From: a virus
Taxonomy: Duplodnaviria; Caudoviricetes
Strand: one strand, 5' to 3'
Length of the DNA stretch: 30,195 nucleotides
Virus record (IMG/VR): IMGVR_UViG_3300020042_006291
Span: 1 to 30,195 of that record
Shown here: positions 1 through 9,879 of the stretch, piece by piece
Numbering within the stretch: the stretch's first letter is position 1
Layout: each line of letters begins with the position of its first letter
The notes under the pieces: generated by a model
Databases searched by the model: none
Seen by the model: only the letters and a program-made list of their open reading frames with translations
Told to the model about the DNA's origin: nothing
Made by a program: the position numbers and the translations under genes

Positions 1-2047
1 TATAAGCGCTTGTTGCGGACATATAAGTATCTATTGTTGCGCTTGCTATATTGGTTGCCTTTTGAATATTAAACGCACGTTTTTGGCTTTTTTTACTTTT
101 ACCCGCGAATAATTCGGCTATATTTGCAATTGATGTTAAACCACCTTTTACCGCATCTAATTGTTTTTCTAAAAGTTCGGATTTTTTCTTGTCAGCGTCT
201 TCGTCTAACTTTGCAATTTCGCTGTTTGTTTTTTCGGTTAATGCTTTTTTAGCCGTTTCAAATTGTTCTTGTGTAATTAATTTATTGTCAAGGTTGGCTT
301 GAAAAATTAATAACTCACTATCTGCTTTGGATTGAACGTTTAATTTTGCTAATTCTTCTTCAGATAAAACAAGGGCATTGTATTGTTTTTCCGCTTCTAA
401 TTTTGCCTTTGATAAATCTTCGGCAATCTTTAAATCTTCTTCGGCAAACCTTTTGCGTAACGCTACTAATTCCGTTTGGTGTTGTTCCGTTAATTCCTTT
501 TCTAATTGTGCATTTCCGCTCGCCTTTTCTTGTTCTGAATCATATTTCTGCGCTAATAAAAGTTCTTCATATTCACGAGCTGACAAAGTTAATTTTTGAG
601 TAGCCAACCATTCTTCGTCTTGTTTTTTTATTTTTTCCTTTGCGTATTTATCCCTTACAACCGCTAAATCCTTTTCTTGTAGTTCTAAATTTAATTTAAT
701 TAATTCGTCGACTTGCTTTCGTTTTTTTGTACCCGCTTTAACTTCTTTTTCTAAGTCTTCGTTTTCCCTTTTATATTTTAAATTGATTGCTTCAATTTCC
801 TTTTCTTGTCCGTCTTTTAGTAGTTGTAATTTTGCGTCTTGCAAGTCCCTCGCAATATCTTTTTGTTCAACTGCGCTACCTTTGGCATTGTTTCTTAATT
901 CCGTGCGGTGTTCGGCTTCCATAACTTCAATAGCTTGCTTTGTTGCAAGGTTATCGTTATAAGTTTCTTTTGCAACCTTTTGAGAATCAAGCATTGATTT
1001 TTTTAATTCTTTTACTCGGTCGCTATCCGCATCACCCGTAGCAATTAGCATTTTTATTTCTTCTTGGTATGCTTTAATTTTACTTGCTTGAGTTGCTAAA
1101 AATACACGTCCGCTTGCTAAATGAGATTTTGCCTTTGATAGTTCCAATTGGTAAGTTTCCTTGCCGTTTGCCTTTGCTAAATTTATTTCGTGAGTGTAAT
1201 AATCATCGTCCGTCTTTTGCTTCTTTTTAGCAAGATTTGCTTTTAAATTTGCTTCTTTTTCAACCGCTTTTGTTCTTGCTTCTGCGTTTGCTTTGTTTTT
1301 TCGCGTTGTCGCATCGTCAACAACACCAAAGTATTCTAATGCTTTTACAACCCCGTAAATCAATCCAATGAACGGAAACATAACCATAATTACGCCCTTA
1401 ACCGCTGGTCCTAACTTATTGAATTTGTCATAAGCGCCAATGACAGCGTTTTTTACCGCGTCAAAATTTGCAATTAATAAACCTATTAAAACAACAATTG
1501 CACCTATACCAGTTGAAACTAAAGCAATTCTAAACAACTTTAAAGCGCCAGTTGAAGTTCCAACAACAAATGTATAAGCGCTCGTTGCCGTTGCTAATAA
1601 CCAAGTTTTAGCGGTGTCAATCCCCTTCATTAAGGCACTTTCTTTTTGTAGCGCTATTTGAACCGATTGAACACTATTGGCTAATTGCATTGCGCCTTGA
1701 ACTTTCATTGTTGCTTTTTGTAAAGCTTCGCCTTCAATTCCAGCTAATTGCATCGCACCACTAATCCCATCAAATCCACTTTCAACAGCGCTAATACCAC
1801 CTATTGCAGAATCTATTTTAGCAGTATCAGATGCGAAATTTTTAACTTGATCATTTAAGTCGCCAATTTTGTCTTGTAACTTTCCTGCTTCAATTAATAA
1901 ATCTTTAAAACCTTGCGAATCTTCGTCCATTGTCGAAAGTTCCAACTTCATTTCTTTTAGTTGTTGTCTAAGGTTTTTTGTTTTTTCGGTTACTTGGTCT
2001 AATCCTTGTTGTTTAACCTCAAGTTCAATTGTTCGTTTTTCAGCCAT
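1..2047 (-). CDS. Tail tape measure protein, N-terminal part (runs off the window at position 1)
   Basis: Manual translation from ATG at 2047 (MAEKRTIELEVKQQGLDQ...), frame checked at several points and still open at position 2 (...NIQKATNIASATIDTYMSATSAY). Long coiled-coil segments and a hydrophobic ALVSTGIGAIVVLIGLLIANF block. Absent from the ORF track because there is no stop in the window. Confidence 0.85.
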   Translation of the reverse strand, partial: MAEKRTIELEVKQQGLDQVTEKTKNLRQQLKEMKLELSTMDEDSQGFKDLLIEAGKLQDKIGDLNDQVKNFASDTAKIDSAIGGISAVESGFDGISGAMQLAGIEGEALQKATMKVQGAMQLANSVQSVQIALQKESALMKGIDTAKTWLLATATSAYTFVVGTSTGALKLFRIALVSTGIGAIVVLIGLLIANFDAVKNAVIGAYDKFNKLGPAVKGVIMVMFPFIGLIYGVVKALEYFGVVDDATTRKNKANAEARTKAVEKEANLKANLAKKKQKTDDDYYTHEINLAKANGKETYQLELSKAKSHLASGRVFLATQASKIKAYQEEIKMLIATGDADSDRVKELKKSMLDSQKVAKETYNDNLATKQAIEVMEAEHRTELRNNAKGSAVEQKDIARDLQDAKLQLLKDGQEKEIEAINLKYKRENEDLEKEVKAGTKKRKQVDELIKLNLELQEKDLAVVRDKYAKEKIKKQDEEWLATQKLTLSAREYEELLLAQKYDSEQEKASGNAQLEKELTEQHQTELVALRKRFAEEDLKIAEDLSKAKLEAEKQYNALVLSEEELAKLNVQSKADSELLIFQANLDNKLITQEQFETAKKALTEKTNSEIAKLDEDADKKKSELLEKQLDAVKGGLTSIANIAELFAGKSKKSQKRAFNIQKATNIASATIDTYMSATSAY

Positions 2048-2204
2048 TTCGTTTTTTCTTATTAAACATTAATTCGCGTTTTGCTTTTTTCCAACCTTGT
2101 CTTATTGTTATGGCTAAATTGTATTTTCCTTTTGCTATTTCGATGTTTTCAGTTTGCCCGTAATGTTCGGACGCTTCTAAAAGTTGTATAATTAGTGCTA
2201 TCAT
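2040..2204 (-). CDS. Small hypothetical protein (54 aa, MIALIIQLLEASEHYGQ...)
   Basis: 3' part of ORF 2040..2309. The ATG at 2204 overlaps the upstream stop (ATGA coupling), so it is the more likely start. Confidence 0.6.
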   Translation of the reverse strand: MIALIIQLLEASEHYGQTENIEIAKGKYNLAITIRQGWKKAKRELMFNKKKRNG

Positions 2205-2803
2205 CCTATTCGGTTTATTGTTGCGATTACTGAAGGCGTTGCCGGATGCGGAATCACTAAATTTGCTACTTCCGATTGTAGTTGAATTGTTGCGGCCGTT
2301 GTTGACCACATTATTTCAACGGTATCGGATGCGGATAATAAAACGAACCAATTCCAAGCGGCGACATCGTAAACGGAATTATTGTTTATATTTATTCTTG
2401 TATTGCTATCGCTTACATCCGTTCCGTTTACTCGTAACCAAATGTCAACGTGTTGGCTTGTTCCGCCCAAAGTTCGGTAAATTTGCGCCGAAAATTGAAC
2501 GTTATAATAACCGGCGTCATTCACTTGCATTCCCGTAGTTCCCGCAATTGAAATATTATTCAAAAAACCCGTTTGACTTATAATCATTGGAGTCGGGGTG
2601 TTTGCCGTTGTTGTTTGCGTTGAAGGTTCGTAAAAAGAACCCGAAGCAATGTTTCCAATAATTGATTCAACTAATTTATCGCGTCGCATTTTTTTTGATA
2701 CAAAAACGCCTGGTATAAATTGTGCTTCGGAAACTTCTAATAAATCACTTGCGCCCATTGGCGTAGTTTTCTGCGGTAATTGTGAAATCTTAATATCTGC
2801 CAT
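2201..2803 (-). CDS. Tail fibre/receptor-binding-like virion protein
   Basis: N-terminal ADIKISQLP motif typical of tail-fibre starts; beta-rich C1q/BclA-like C-terminus (GYYNVQFSAQI, VDIWLRVNG, DTVEIMW); tail-module position. Confidence 0.55.
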   Translation of the reverse strand: MADIKISQLPQKTTPMGASDLLEVSEAQFIPGVFVSKKMRRDKLVESIIGNIASGSFYEPSTQTTTANTPTPMIISQTGFLNNISIAGTTGMQVNDAGYYNVQFSAQIYRTLGGTSQHVDIWLRVNGTDVSDSNTRININNNSVYDVAAWNWFVLLSASDTVEIMWSTTAATIQLQSEVANLVIPHPATPSVIATINRIG

Positions 2804-2805
2804 AA

Positions 2806-4686
2806 TTATTCTATTATTCGTTTGTTAGTATTTGATTGTTCGCGCCTTATTGTTCCGTCTTCGGTAAGTCTGTAATTTGTGATCGGTGCTGGGACTATTG
2901 GTATAAAATCATTCAATAAGTTAAACGTTGTTTCGCCCGTTGTTAATTTCGTTTTAAAGTCGTTTATTATATATCTTTTATTGCCTATTATAAGCCTATC
3001 GTTTAACTTTAACGTTGTTAAAATTGAAATAGGTAAAACTGCCTTAACGTTTGTTAATCGGTTCTTAGGGTCAAACAAATTAGCTAAGTAATCAAAGTAA
3101 TAAGTTGCGAATAAACTTTGTTGAATCGGTACGCCTAAATAAGTCGATGTTTCTGGCGCAAAGTTTAACGAGTAATCTACGCCCCCAACGTTTGTATCTT
3201 GTCCGAATATTTGAACTGAATTACAAGCCAAATTTCCTGTTATGTCTTTTATATAAATTGGGTTTGTTGCAACTACTGTTTGATTAAAATACAAAATACA
3301 CGGCTTAGGAATATACGGCGCTAAAGCACTATTAATAGCAAAACCAACTTGTAAATTTGTCCCCGTGTATTTATTAAACATTAAATTTTCAAAAGGAACT
3401 TCAATATTTAATTCGCCTCCGTCGTACGGGTAAGGTTGTTCCGTGTTTCCGTATTCTTTTAATCCTGTTTGTAAATAATATTTATTTAAAATGCTTTCGC
3501 TCGGTTGGTATCTAAACGAAATCTTTTTGTAAAGTTTTACGCGTTCAATATCTACGTTTGTAGATTCGGTAAAGTTTGTAATATCAAAAACGTTCCCTGA
3601 AGCGTACCAATAATTTAAAGTTTCAACTAAAAATTCGTTGGGTGTTTCTGTACCCGTAACCGTTAAATTAAATTCCCTTAAAACTCCAGAAAAGAAATCG
3701 GAAACTTTTAAATCTGGCGCGTTTCTTTGTAGCGATGTTGTTGGGAATAATGGAATATTTGCAACGTCCCAAATTGCGTTTGCAACAAAAGACGGCGCTA
3801 AAGGTCCGTAATAATAATAATATTCTAAATGAAAATCTAAGATTACAATATTTGTCGCCCTTGCTTGAAAAGTATAGGTATTATTTAATCCAATTGTATC
3901 GGGTACATCTAAAACTAAAAACGGTACGATACCAGCTCCAGAACCTTGAAAAGAATAAAATAATGTTCCGTTTAAAAATACGTCAATAAAAAAAGGAACT
4001 GCGGTTGGCGTTTGTAAATCCAATGAAATTTCGTGAAAACCTCCATTGCCCGCGTTTGTTGTTCCTTGTATTGTTATTGTATTTGCAACGTTGTCAACAA
4101 AACTAGACATAGGTACGTTGTTTGGAAATACTTGAGTCCCAAATTGCCCTAAAAACATACCTAAATTTAATGTTGTTGGTGTTGACATTATTTCGAAGCG
4201 GTCGCGGTTCTTATACCACAAATAAGCGTTTCTAAAATTATCCGTAGTAAAGAAATTACTACTAAAATTTATTCCATAACGCAACTCGATTAGTTCCATT
4301 ATTCTGCTCAACCTTAACGCTGGGAATAACTCGCTTGTTTCTATTGCGCCCAATACGGTGTCTATTTCGCTAGAGGCCGTTGGAACAAACCAAGACGGCG
4401 TCGTTCCGTTTGCTGCTGCGGTATTGTATTGCCAAAATTCCCCAGAACTAATTAACGGGTAGGCTATATCCGTAAATCCTAAAACGCCTTCAATAAAAAA
4501 TTGTAATGTTGGTAAATTTACCGCTTGGTCTACGCTTGAATAATCCAAGTCGCTTAGTTTATCTTCGCCAAATAAATCTTTTAAACTTGTTAATTGCCCG
4601 TAAAAAGTAATCGTATAATTTTCAACTTGTCCGTTTTTTATATTGGATTTTTCTAATTGAATTCGTCCGCGTCTAAACGTGGTCAT
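2806..4686 (-). CDS. Large tail/baseplate hub-like protein, C-terminal part of a split gene
   Basis: 626-aa beta-rich ORF in the tail module; continues 4689..4931 after a -1 frame change. Confidence 0.65.
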   Translation of the reverse strand: MTTFRRGRIQLEKSNIKNGQVENYTITFYGQLTSLKDLFGEDKLSDLDYSSVDQAVNLPTLQFFIEGVLGFTDIAYPLISSGEFWQYNTAAANGTTPSWFVPTASSEIDTVLGAIETSELFPALRLSRIMELIELRYGINFSSNFFTTDNFRNAYLWYKNRDRFEIMSTPTTLNLGMFLGQFGTQVFPNNVPMSSFVDNVANTITIQGTTNAGNGGFHEISLDLQTPTAVPFFIDVFLNGTLFYSFQGSGAGIVPFLVLDVPDTIGLNNTYTFQARATNIVILDFHLEYYYYYGPLAPSFVANAIWDVANIPLFPTTSLQRNAPDLKVSDFFSGVLREFNLTVTGTETPNEFLVETLNYWYASGNVFDITNFTESTNVDIERVKLYKKISFRYQPSESILNKYYLQTGLKEYGNTEQPYPYDGGELNIEVPFENLMFNKYTGTNLQVGFAINSALAPYIPKPCILYFNQTVVATNPIYIKDITGNLACNSVQIFGQDTNVGGVDYSLNFAPETSTYLGVPIQQSLFATYYFDYLANLFDPKNRLTNVKAVLPISILTTLKLNDRLIIGNKRYIINDFKTKLTTGETTFNLLNDFIPIVPAPITNYRLTEDGTIRREQSNTNKRIIE

Positions 4687-4688
4687 AT

Positions 4689-4931
4689 CTATTTCAATAT
4701 GCCGTCTTTTCGTTCTTGGAAATTGTACGTGCCATCTACGTCCGATTGATAAAAGTGTTGAAAAATTGCGTTGTTTCGTGGTGTTGCAGGGATCGTAAAA
4801 GCCTGCGAAAAGTCCGTGCTTGTTTTAGAAATATCCGCTATGTTTTGAACGCTTGAATTTACCTCGATATTTTCATCGTTGAATAAATCCAATTGTTGCC
4901 CTTCAATAAAAACCCGTACTTCTCTTTTCAT
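4689..4931 (-). CDS. N-terminal part of the large tail protein (split by a frameshift near 4698)
   Basis: LDLFNDENIEVNSSVQNIADISK...FSQAFTIPATPRNN resembles the start of siphovirus tail hub proteins; one extra base joins it to the 626-aa ORF. Confidence 0.6.
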   Translation of the reverse strand: MKREVRVFIEGQQLDLFNDENIEVNSSVQNIADISKTSTDFSQAFTIPATPRNNAIFQHFYQSDVDGTYNFQERKDGILK

Positions 4932-6049
4932 TAAATTACATTATTGATTACGTCAAACGCCATTTCGAAATCCAAAGAATAATTAATTTTTTTGTTGTTT
5001 ATATTCCTTTCCTTATTAATGCTTTTCGTGTTTATTCTTATTGGTAGTTTCGTGTTTCCCTTCGTCCATAAAACTCGCTCCGATAATAAAAGCTCTTGTA
5101 AGTTTTCGCTAAAGTCTTCTTCAACCCAACCCGAATTTATTTTGTATTTAATTCCCCCGTTATTATTAAAGATTTGTTTTTGCCCTTGCTTAATATCGTA
5201 TGTCATCGATGAATCGAAGGACTGCATAAAATTATAAGGGGTGCTTTGTACGTCTAAACTTTCAAAACTTGCTTTAAAAAATGCTTCGCGTTGGTAGCCA
5301 CCATATTTATTTATAAAGTCTAAAACAACGGGTTCGTATTTACATTCCTCAACGGGTCTAAAATTACACGTAAACACGGGAACGCTTAAGGGTGTGTAAA
5401 TAGTTAGTTCCGCTCCGTTACCAATCATTGATGTTGGCACGCGGTAAAGGTCGTAAACGCCCGCACTTAACGCGGTAAAAGAATAACTTAAGGTCGTTAC
5501 TAAATCAATATAAACAACTATGTAGTCCTTCGGTAAATACGCCGTTAAAGTTCCAGATAAACTTTCGCTTGTTGTTGGGTATGTTCCAAAATCGTAATAG
5601 TAATAATACGTTTTGTTTGGTTCTGCTAAAGCTACAAATTTGCCTATTGAGTAGTTTGGGTTTATTCCCGTTTCGTAATCGCCGTAGCCGTCAAACGCTC
5701 GGTAAGTTTCTGTAAATTGCAAAACGTAAGTTCCCGCGATCAAGTTGTATGTATATACGTCAATTAAAGCGTATTCGGCTACGGGTGTTGGTTGTAAATC
5801 CGTGTTTATGTTGTCGGGACTTGTCGGGTGCGTTATGTATTCCCGAACGTACGGACTTAAATTATAAAGCGTTCTCGTATCGTTTGACGCGGGTATTAAT
5901 TTGCTTAGTGTATAAGTAGGCGTTGCAGGTGGCGCAAAACCTTGTTTATATATAAATAATTCAACCTTCGAACCCGTTTGTGTTGGGTCGTCGACTTGAA
6001 TTATAAACGGACTGCGGACAAAAATATGGTCTTGAGTAGGTAACGCCAT
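4931..6049 (-). CDS. Tail structural protein (distal tail-like)
   Basis: 372 aa; C-terminal FINKYGG...INSGW...LQELLLSERV segment; lies between neck and hub genes. Confidence 0.55.
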   Translation of the reverse strand: MALPTQDHIFVRSPFIIQVDDPTQTGSKVELFIYKQGFAPPATPTYTLSKLIPASNDTRTLYNLSPYVREYITHPTSPDNINTDLQPTPVAEYALIDVYTYNLIAGTYVLQFTETYRAFDGYGDYETGINPNYSIGKFVALAEPNKTYYYYYDFGTYPTTSESLSGTLTAYLPKDYIVVYIDLVTTLSYSFTALSAGVYDLYRVPTSMIGNGAELTIYTPLSVPVFTCNFRPVEECKYEPVVLDFINKYGGYQREAFFKASFESLDVQSTPYNFMQSFDSSMTYDIKQGQKQIFNNNGGIKYKINSGWVEEDFSENLQELLLSERVLWTKGNTKLPIRINTKSINKERNINNKKINYSLDFEMAFDVINNVI

Positions 6050-6051
6050 TG

Positions 6052-6570
6052 CTATTTAGTTTTAAAATTTTCTTGCATTATTGTATCAAATGTTTCTTCG
6101 GCTTCTAATCCGTAGGCTTCAATCATTTCGTCGGGTAATTTCTTAAATGCCTTTTCGAATGGTGTGGTAAAAAATAAACTTGGTTTAATTCCCTTTTCGA
6201 AAATGCTTCTGGCAATTGCAAATTTTAATCCTTTACGCGTTGTAAATTTTCCGTCTTTTTTTCGGGGTGCTATTCCCTTTTTTACTATCCATTTGTCAAC
6301 CGCTTTCGGCGGTGGCATTTTGTTTGTATATGAAAACGGCGTATCGTATTTCTTTTTAGTACCGCTTACTCCTTTGTCTTGAAAAAAACCATAATCCGCC
6401 ATATCAAAATACAAGCGTAAAGAATTAGGCATTGCTTTAATTTCCCCTTTGATTGAATCGTATAATTTTCTGCTACTGTTCTTTTTTAGTCTGCTTAAAT
6501 TTGTACGCGCTTGCTTAATAACGTAGTCCCGAAATTGTTCTAATATTATTTGTTGTTCGTTTTTTTCCAT
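6052..6570 (-). CDS. Putative neck/tail-completion protein
   Basis: Basic 172-aa protein (YGFFQDKG, AIARSIFEKGIKPSLFF) next to the terminator-like gene. Confidence 0.5.
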   Translation of the reverse strand: MEKNEQQIILEQFRDYVIKQARTNLSRLKKNSSRKLYDSIKGEIKAMPNSLRLYFDMADYGFFQDKGVSGTKKKYDTPFSYTNKMPPPKAVDKWIVKKGIAPRKKDGKFTTRKGLKFAIARSIFEKGIKPSLFFTTPFEKAFKKLPDEMIEAYGLEAEETFDTIMQENFKTK

Positions 6571-6571
6571 C

Positions 6572-7027
6572 TTAACAAATAGTCATTTCGTTAGGAACTA
6601 AAACGTCGAACGTCATCGTCCAACCGCTTAATAAGTTTTCGAATCGTTCGGTAAATGGTTCGCAGTTTGGGTTGCCGTCTATTTGGAATAAATCGTACGC
6701 AAGGCTTCCGTGTAACATAACATCGTACGCGCGGTTTAATATAGCTAGCGTTGAATTTAAAGCGTCTTGGGTGTTGTCATTGCCTAAATATACATTCGTG
6801 TTTTCGCTCTTTGATATATCGACTAAATCCATAGCAATTAAAGAAATATTAAACCGCAACACGTTTACCTCAAATGTACACGAATTCACCATTATATGGA
6901 CAAGTGGAAAAATTGTTTGTTTGGCTAAATCGACTTGAAAAATATCCCCTTCGCTTACTGAATTAACCAGCGCGTCCGCGTCAAGGTGCGTTTTAAGTTT
7001 GTCTATTGCCGTGTAAAATCCGTTCAT
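6572..7027 (-). CDS. Putative tail terminator protein
   Basis: Acidic 151-aa protein with IFPLVHI and GWTMTFDV motifs; size and position fit. Confidence 0.5.
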   Translation of the reverse strand: MNGFYTAIDKLKTHLDADALVNSVSEGDIFQVDLAKQTIFPLVHIMVNSCTFEVNVLRFNISLIAMDLVDISKSENTNVYLGNDNTQDALNSTLAILNRAYDVMLHGSLAYDLFQIDGNPNCEPFTERFENLLSGWTMTFDVLVPNEMTIC

Positions 7028-7296
7028 TTTAAATACTTATTTAATTGCCTTTGTTCTATTTCTATTTTTTGTTTCTCAAAAGTTAAGTAGGTTAAACATT
7101 TAAGTAATCCCATTCGGGTAACCTCGTCAAATTTTGTGACATCTCCTTTAGCGAGTGCATAAATGCTTTGATACCATCCCCATTGTTTTTGAAATTGTGT
7201 TCCTTCGCTAAAATCTCCAATGCCTTGGGATTCGTCAATATCTCCGATTCTAAATAAGCTATCGTAGTTGTCAGTAATTCGCTTCCTAAAGTCCAA
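7024..7296 (-). CDS. -1 frameshift extension of the chaperone (gpGT-like, fusion ~253 aa)
   Basis: The listed ORF begins inside the T9 run, in the -1 frame, with no ATG start; its stop overlaps the next ATG (7024-7027). Confidence 0.7.
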   Translation of the reverse strand: MDFRKRITDNYDSLFRIGDIDESQGIGDFSEGTQFQKQWGWYQSIYALAKGDVTKFDEVTRMGLLKCLTYLTFEKQKIEIEQRQLNKYLK

Positions 7297-7784
7297 AAAA
7301 AAACCGAAGAACTTAACACAACCCCAAGCGGGGCAAACTTCATTAAATCGGAATATTCAGACGTTCCCGTGTACTCAATTAATTCGTAGCTATCCTTGAC
7401 TTTTAGTTTAATCGGTCGGTACATAACCGCCATTGCTTTGTGGTATGTTTCCCAACTTTTAAGGTTTTCCTCAAGGTCTACGTATTCCCCAAAACTAATA
7501 TTTTGCAAGTCTGGAATAAAACCAAATTCTAAATCTTTAATCTTAAAAGTAGGCGTAAACTTTGGGGTCTCGGAAAACAATTTATTAAAGTGAACAACTA
7601 ACTTTGCCACTTCAGTATATTTAATGTTTATTATTTCTTTTAGTTCAATACCGCAGAAAATTTGAATCATTTTTTCAGCTAACATTTCGTTATCCGTTGT
7701 CGATTCTTTTACCTTAATAAATTGTTGGTATTGTTGTAAGGTAATTTCGTTTAAATCTGTTGGAATGGTTAACTCTAATTTCAT
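7092..7784 (-). CDS. Tail assembly chaperone (gpG-like)
   Basis: 230 aa; contains GTT TTT TTT TGG slippery run at 7295-7304. Confidence 0.6.
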   Translation of the reverse strand: MKLELTIPTDLNEITLQQYQQFIKVKESTTDNEMLAEKMIQIFCGIELKEIINIKYTEVAKLVVHFNKLFSETPKFTPTFKIKDLEFGFIPDLQNISFGEYVDLEENLKSWETYHKAMAVMYRPIKLKVKDSYELIEYTGTSEYSDLMKFAPLGVVLSSSVFFWTLGSELLTTTIAYLESEILTNPKALEILAKEHNFKNNGDGIKAFMHSLKEMSQNLTRLPEWDYLNV

Positions 7785-7789
7785 ATTTA

Positions 7790-7815
7790 TATAATTAAGT
7801 TTTTGGTTTATTGTT
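7790..7815 (-). promoter_or_regulatory. Putative late promoter AACAA-N13-TAATTATA, 5 nt before ATG 7784
   Basis: One of four identically spaced copies. Confidence 0.7.
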
Positions 7816-7968
7816 ATAAGCTACTGCAATTTCGTACGCGTGAATTAACATTTCAAAGTGTCTAACAAAAGTTCTCGAATCGGACATATTAATTTTTACC
7901 TTAACGCCTTTGCGTTGATATATGTATTCTTCAACTACTGCAACCATTACGCTAATATCGTTCGTCAT
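7795..7968 (-). CDS. Small hypothetical protein (57 aa, MTNDISVMVAVVEEYIYQRKG...)
   Basis: Manual translation; ATG overlaps the terL stop and the ORF fills the gap. Confidence 0.6.
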   Translation of the reverse strand: MTNDISVMVAVVEEYIYQRKGVKVKINMSDSRTFVRHFEMLIHAYEIAVAYNNKPKT

Positions 7969-9170
7969 TTTATAAAGTATAATCCTTTTGTAGGGTTTGC
8001 TAATTGATAAGACACGGCATATCTTAAAGCGTCAATAGCGTGGTTATGTTTGTCGATTGGTGTTTTGCTTTTCTTTTCTAACCACGAATAGTTGTTTAGT
8101 TCTTTAATTAAGTCAATGCTATCTTCTGAAATTACTAAGTCGTAATCCTGCAATAAACTTATTCCATATATTACGCTATCAGCTCCTTTGATTGTTGGAA
8201 CCACATTATTGCCTAATGAATTTAGTTCGCTTATTAATCGAGGTTCGGAATTATCACCAACAATTAAATCCTTTTCAGCAAATTCTGAATTTAATCTAGC
8301 TATCTGGCTTGTCGTTAATGCTTGCTTGTAAAATAACAACTTAACATAAATAACTTTGTTTGCTTTGTCAATGTTTGTTTTTACTAATGTTGTTGGATCT
8401 GCACTGAATCCGTAATCTTGTCCGTAAACGTTTGTTCCTATTTCCCTAAACTGTCCTATCTTCCAATTGTTAAATATAACGCCTTCGGCTTTGTCTAACC
8501 AACCACCTAATATTGTATGCTTATATTTTTCAGGTCTTCGTGTTTTTATATGTTCGACTTGGGTTAAAAATGATTGAGATAAATTTTCTATGTTGTCAAG
8601 GTACGTAGTATGTATGTAAGTCGTATCGTTTTTAATTAGCGTTGCTCCTTGTTCGATTCCTTTGCTTTGAAAAAACTTATCGTAAATAAAATGTTCTTTT
8701 GTTGTTGGGTTAAGAATAAGTATAACACGGTTTTGTTTTGTCTTATGTCTAACTGATAAATCTATTTTGTCGAATGTGTCTTCGTCGGTTAATTCTTCAG
8801 CTTCATCAAGTACCCAAGTTGTTACGCCTTGCAAAGATTTAAGGTTTGCTGTTTGTGTGCCAGAACTTGTTTTAATTCCTTTAAATATTATTTTGCTTCC
8901 AGTTTCAATATTTATTATTTCGTCTTTTGTTACGATGAAACTATCTTGCATTTCCATCAACTCAATCTTCTCAATAAATTCTGGAATGATTGAAATACCC
9001 GCACTTACCAAAGTGTAACGAGTAAACAATACAACGTGTCCGCTTTCCTTTGTAAGCAACAATAAGAACGTGGTAACGGAATAAGACTTGGACGAACCAC
9101 GACCACCAGTTACAATAAAGTAACGCGAATCACTACCTAAATAATTAAACTTCGGGTTTAATACTATCAA
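7965..9170 (-). CDS. terL: Terminase large subunit (PBSX/SPP1-like)
   Basis: Walker A GGRGSSKS, Walker B VLDEAEE, LILNP, nuclease motifs DYGF and NHAIDALRY. Confidence 0.95.
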   Translation of the reverse strand: MIVLNPKFNYLGSDSRYFIVTGGRGSSKSYSVTTFLLLLTKESGHVVLFTRYTLVSAGISIIPEFIEKIELMEMQDSFIVTKDEIINIETGSKIIFKGIKTSSGTQTANLKSLQGVTTWVLDEAEELTDEDTFDKIDLSVRHKTKQNRVILILNPTTKEHFIYDKFFQSKGIEQGATLIKNDTTYIHTTYLDNIENLSQSFLTQVEHIKTRRPEKYKHTILGGWLDKAEGVIFNNWKIGQFREIGTNVYGQDYGFSADPTTLVKTNIDKANKVIYVKLLFYKQALTTSQIARLNSEFAEKDLIVGDNSEPRLISELNSLGNNVVPTIKGADSVIYGISLLQDYDLVISEDSIDLIKELNNYSWLEKKSKTPIDKHNHAIDALRYAVSYQLANPTKGLYFIK

Positions 9171-9489
9171 TTTTAAATAAGTCTTTTACGTCAAAGTCTG
9201 AGACGCTTATATTAGTATCGGTTGTTTGTTTCGGCGCTCCATAACAAGAATCCATTAAAGCTTTGTATGCGTTTACATCTCCTTTGCTAGCTTTTAAAAG
9301 CATTGCCATTGTAATGGCTTGTTCTTGTGTTAAGATTTCTTGTTCGCCTGTTAAAGGATTCTTTTGAGTCTTTGCGAATTCAAACAATTCTTTTATAATG
9401 GTGCTTCTATTCTTTGCACCTTTTGGTCTACCTGCAGGGTTACTAACCTCACCTTTTTTAAATGGTTTTAAGTTTTGTTCGTTAGCCAT
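9145..9489 (-). CDS. terS: Terminase small subunit (DUF5681-type N-terminus)
   Basis: NLKPFKKGEVSNPAGRPKG motif; directly upstream of terL. Confidence 0.8.
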   Translation of the reverse strand: MANEQNLKPFKKGEVSNPAGRPKGAKNRSTIIKELFEFAKTQKNPLTGEQEILTQEQAITMAMLLKASKGDVNAYKALMDSCYGAPKQTTDTNISVSDFDVKDLFKIDSIKPEV

Positions 9490-9874
9490 TATTCACAATT
9501 ATTTCATTATTATTTTCGTCGTTGTATTCGTTCATTACCTGCTTCAACTTAATTACTATTTCGCGTACGCAAGAACCGCAACTTGTTGGTTGTATGTTTT
9601 GATTAAAGACGCGGTTATAAATTTTAAGTAGTTCCCTTTGTTCGCTTGGTAAAATAAGGTTCTTGTTTAGTGCATCGCTTTCGCTTAAATATTTAAATTC
9701 GGGTTCGGTTAAACATTTTGGTTTTGCGTATCTGAATAACTTGTTTAGTTTTTCTTTTCGTTCTTCGCATCCGCAGTCTTCGCCTAATATCCATTTAGCA
9801 ACCTTTGTTATTTTAGTTACTTCTAAAACGTTTTCTATTGTGTCTCCTAATCCTATTGCTTTTTTCCTTGCCAT
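9482..9874 (-). CDS. Hypothetical protein with CGC and CxxC motifs (possible Zn binding)
   Basis: GLGDTIE...DCGCEER...SCGSC. Confidence 0.6.
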   Translation of the reverse strand: MARKKAIGLGDTIENVLEVTKITKVAKWILGEDCGCEERKEKLNKLFRYAKPKCLTEPEFKYLSESDALNKNLILPSEQRELLKIYNRVFNQNIQPTSCGSCVREIVIKLKQVMNEYNDENNNEIIVNNG

Positions 9875-9879
9875 AATTT

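Noticed and set aside
2205-2309. Upstream extension of ORF 2040..2309
   Set aside because: Overlaps the tail-fibre-like gene; ATG 2204 is better supported.
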